Assembly: GCA_963709405.1 (NCBI GenBank)
Contig: CAVPXM010000077.1
Location: 1 to 18,362 of the forward strand
Source of the DNA: an uncultured Nitrososphaerales archaeon
GTDB taxonomy: Archaea; Thermoproteota; Nitrososphaeria; Nitrososphaerales; Nitrososphaeraceae
Direction: 5' to 3'
Length of the DNA: 18,362 nucleotides
In this document: positions 17,277 to 18,362 of the stretch, piece by piece
Numbering within the stretch: position 1 is the stretch's first letter
Layout: each line of letters begins with the position of its first letter
Notes under the pieces: generated by a model
The model's database searches: none
What the model was told of the DNA's origin: nothing
What the model saw: only the letters and a program-made list of their open reading frames with translations
Made by a program: the position numbers and the translations under genes

Positions 17277-17641
17277 CTATTGTGTTGGTTCAGGCATCCA
17301 ATCTACAGGTACCTTAGCAGAATCTAGTCCCCTCTTTGTTAGATAATCATCCATCTTTGGTTCAGGTACAAACTGGAAAGGCATTACCATGAGTAGGGCA
17401 GACATCTTTCTTTATTATTAGAAGGTTGTTGTCACATCTTTTTAATTGATCTGTATTTCCTGTCTCTTGTGCCAAACTACTCGATGCCAATTGATTTCCC
17501 ATTAATGCTAACTGGCACGTTAATACATACGGCTTTGCATTTCCGTTAAGCCAATCCTCAATTTTTGAGTTCCAAGATGCTCCCTTTGCTAATTTGCCAG
17601 ATTGCTGTATACCAAGCACCAACAATGCCGTAATTATTACC
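17277..17641 (-). pseudogene. Secreted Cys-containing hypothetical protein, 5' end cut by an IS481-family insertion; +1 frameshift at about 17365
   Basis: Remaining signal-peptide core VIITALLVLG begins right at the IS end; four Cys; removing one C extends the frame to CTEPKMDDYLTKRGLDSAKVPVDWMPEPTQ* (stop 17277-17279). Confidence 0.6.
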
Positions 17642-18362
17642 TGTTGTACTTGCACGGATAGGTTACATTTCTAATTACCTACATGGGTTACACTTTTCTG
17701 TTTAGTTCTCGTATGTGTACTGGATGTAATTAACCTTTGTAGGAACATCTCCGATGGAGTAAGACCATTTATGCCTCCATGTTCTCTGGTTTCGTTATAT
17801 GCTTTAACAAACATGTCGTATCTTTGTTTACCATCATCTATGTTTGGTATATCTTCTAATGCTATGAATTCACTCTTTACAATCTTGTTATATGCTTCTA
17901 CTTTGCCCTGTAACTGCGGATATGATTTTGGTATTTGCTTATCTTTTATCTGATTATGTATAAGGAAATGTCTGAATATTCTGGATGTAAACTGTTTACC
18001 GTTATCATGCATCATCATCTTAGGCTTACCATTAATCATTATCCAGTCCTCTAATACATTAAGAACATCCACTGACCTCTTTCTTTCGGACCACTTGCTA
18101 GCTACCTTCCTAGAACAATCATCTAAGCAACTAATGATGTAATTCCTTTGACTGGAATTACTCAGATAGAAAGGGCCAAGGATATCCACTTGCACCATAT
18201 CATTTGGATGCTTCATGACAAACCGTTTGTAAGTTCTTGCTTTGGCCTTACACATGAGGATATTAAGACAATGTCTCTTTAGTATCTTGTATATAGTTCG
18301 GGTGCTTAATGAGATTCCAATGATTCTTTTTAGTCGAAACTTGATCCTATTACATCCAAATC
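17642..18362 (-). mobile_element. IS481-family insertion sequence (right end visible, left end outside the window)
   Basis: Terminus reads 5'-TGTTGTACTTGCACGG on + from 17642 (IS481 ends begin TGT); subterminal direct repeats ATAGGTTACATTT (17658-17670) and ATGGGTTACACTT (17683-17695); contains a DDE transposase. Confidence 0.8.
17671..18362 (-). CDS. IS481-family DDE (rve/integrase-core) transposase, 5'-partial
   Basis: HPNDMVQVD, LDDCSR, HDNGKQF, YPQLQGKVEAYNK, YNETREHGGINGLTP; the frame stays open upstream of 18255 (FGCNRIKFRLKRIIGISLSTRTIYKILKRH) to the window edge. Confidence 0.92.
   Translation of the reverse strand, partial: FGCNRIKFRLKRIIGISLSTRTIYKILKRHCLNILMCKAKARTYKRFVMKHPNDMVQVDILGPFYLSNSSQRNYIISCLDDCSRKVASKWSERKRSVDVLNVLEDWIMINGKPKMMMHDNGKQFTSRIFRHFLIHNQIKDKQIPKSYPQLQGKVEAYNKIVKSEFIALEDIPNIDDGKQRYDMFVKAYNETREHGGINGLTPSEMFLQRLITSSTHTRTKQKSVTHVGN

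Noticed and set aside
17771-17953. 60-aa plus-strand ORF
   Set aside because: Antisense shadow of the transposase.

Overview
AT-rich archaeal DNA. Gene content and protein style (mpgS, CHRD protein, CdvB-like ESCRT-III, TATA boxes close to start codons) point to a soil ammonia-oxidising archaeon of the Nitrososphaeraceae; this is inferred, not searched. Positions 1-9.5 kb look like core genome: mpgS, a Cys/His-motif hypothetical gene ending in an (ATAC)12 microsatellite, a secreted CHRD plus intradiol-dioxygenase-like fusion, moaD-moaE-moeA, a Cys-motif membrane protein and asnB. Positions 10.4-14.4 kb form a membrane quality-control/remodelling cluster: SPFH/prohibitin and htpX on +, converging on pspAA, a truncated pspA and a Snf7/CdvB-like ESCRT-III gene on -. 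From about 14.7 kb the DNA looks accessory: a GC-richer, coupled mini-operon (DUF2080-like gene plus two tiny membrane proteins, each ending in the same ATGGAGGTGAGT motif), secreted low-complexity/Cys-rich genes, and an IS481-family element that cuts a secreted-protein gene and runs off the window. About ten single-base frameshifts split otherwise intact genes and are most simply read as sequencing/assembly indels.
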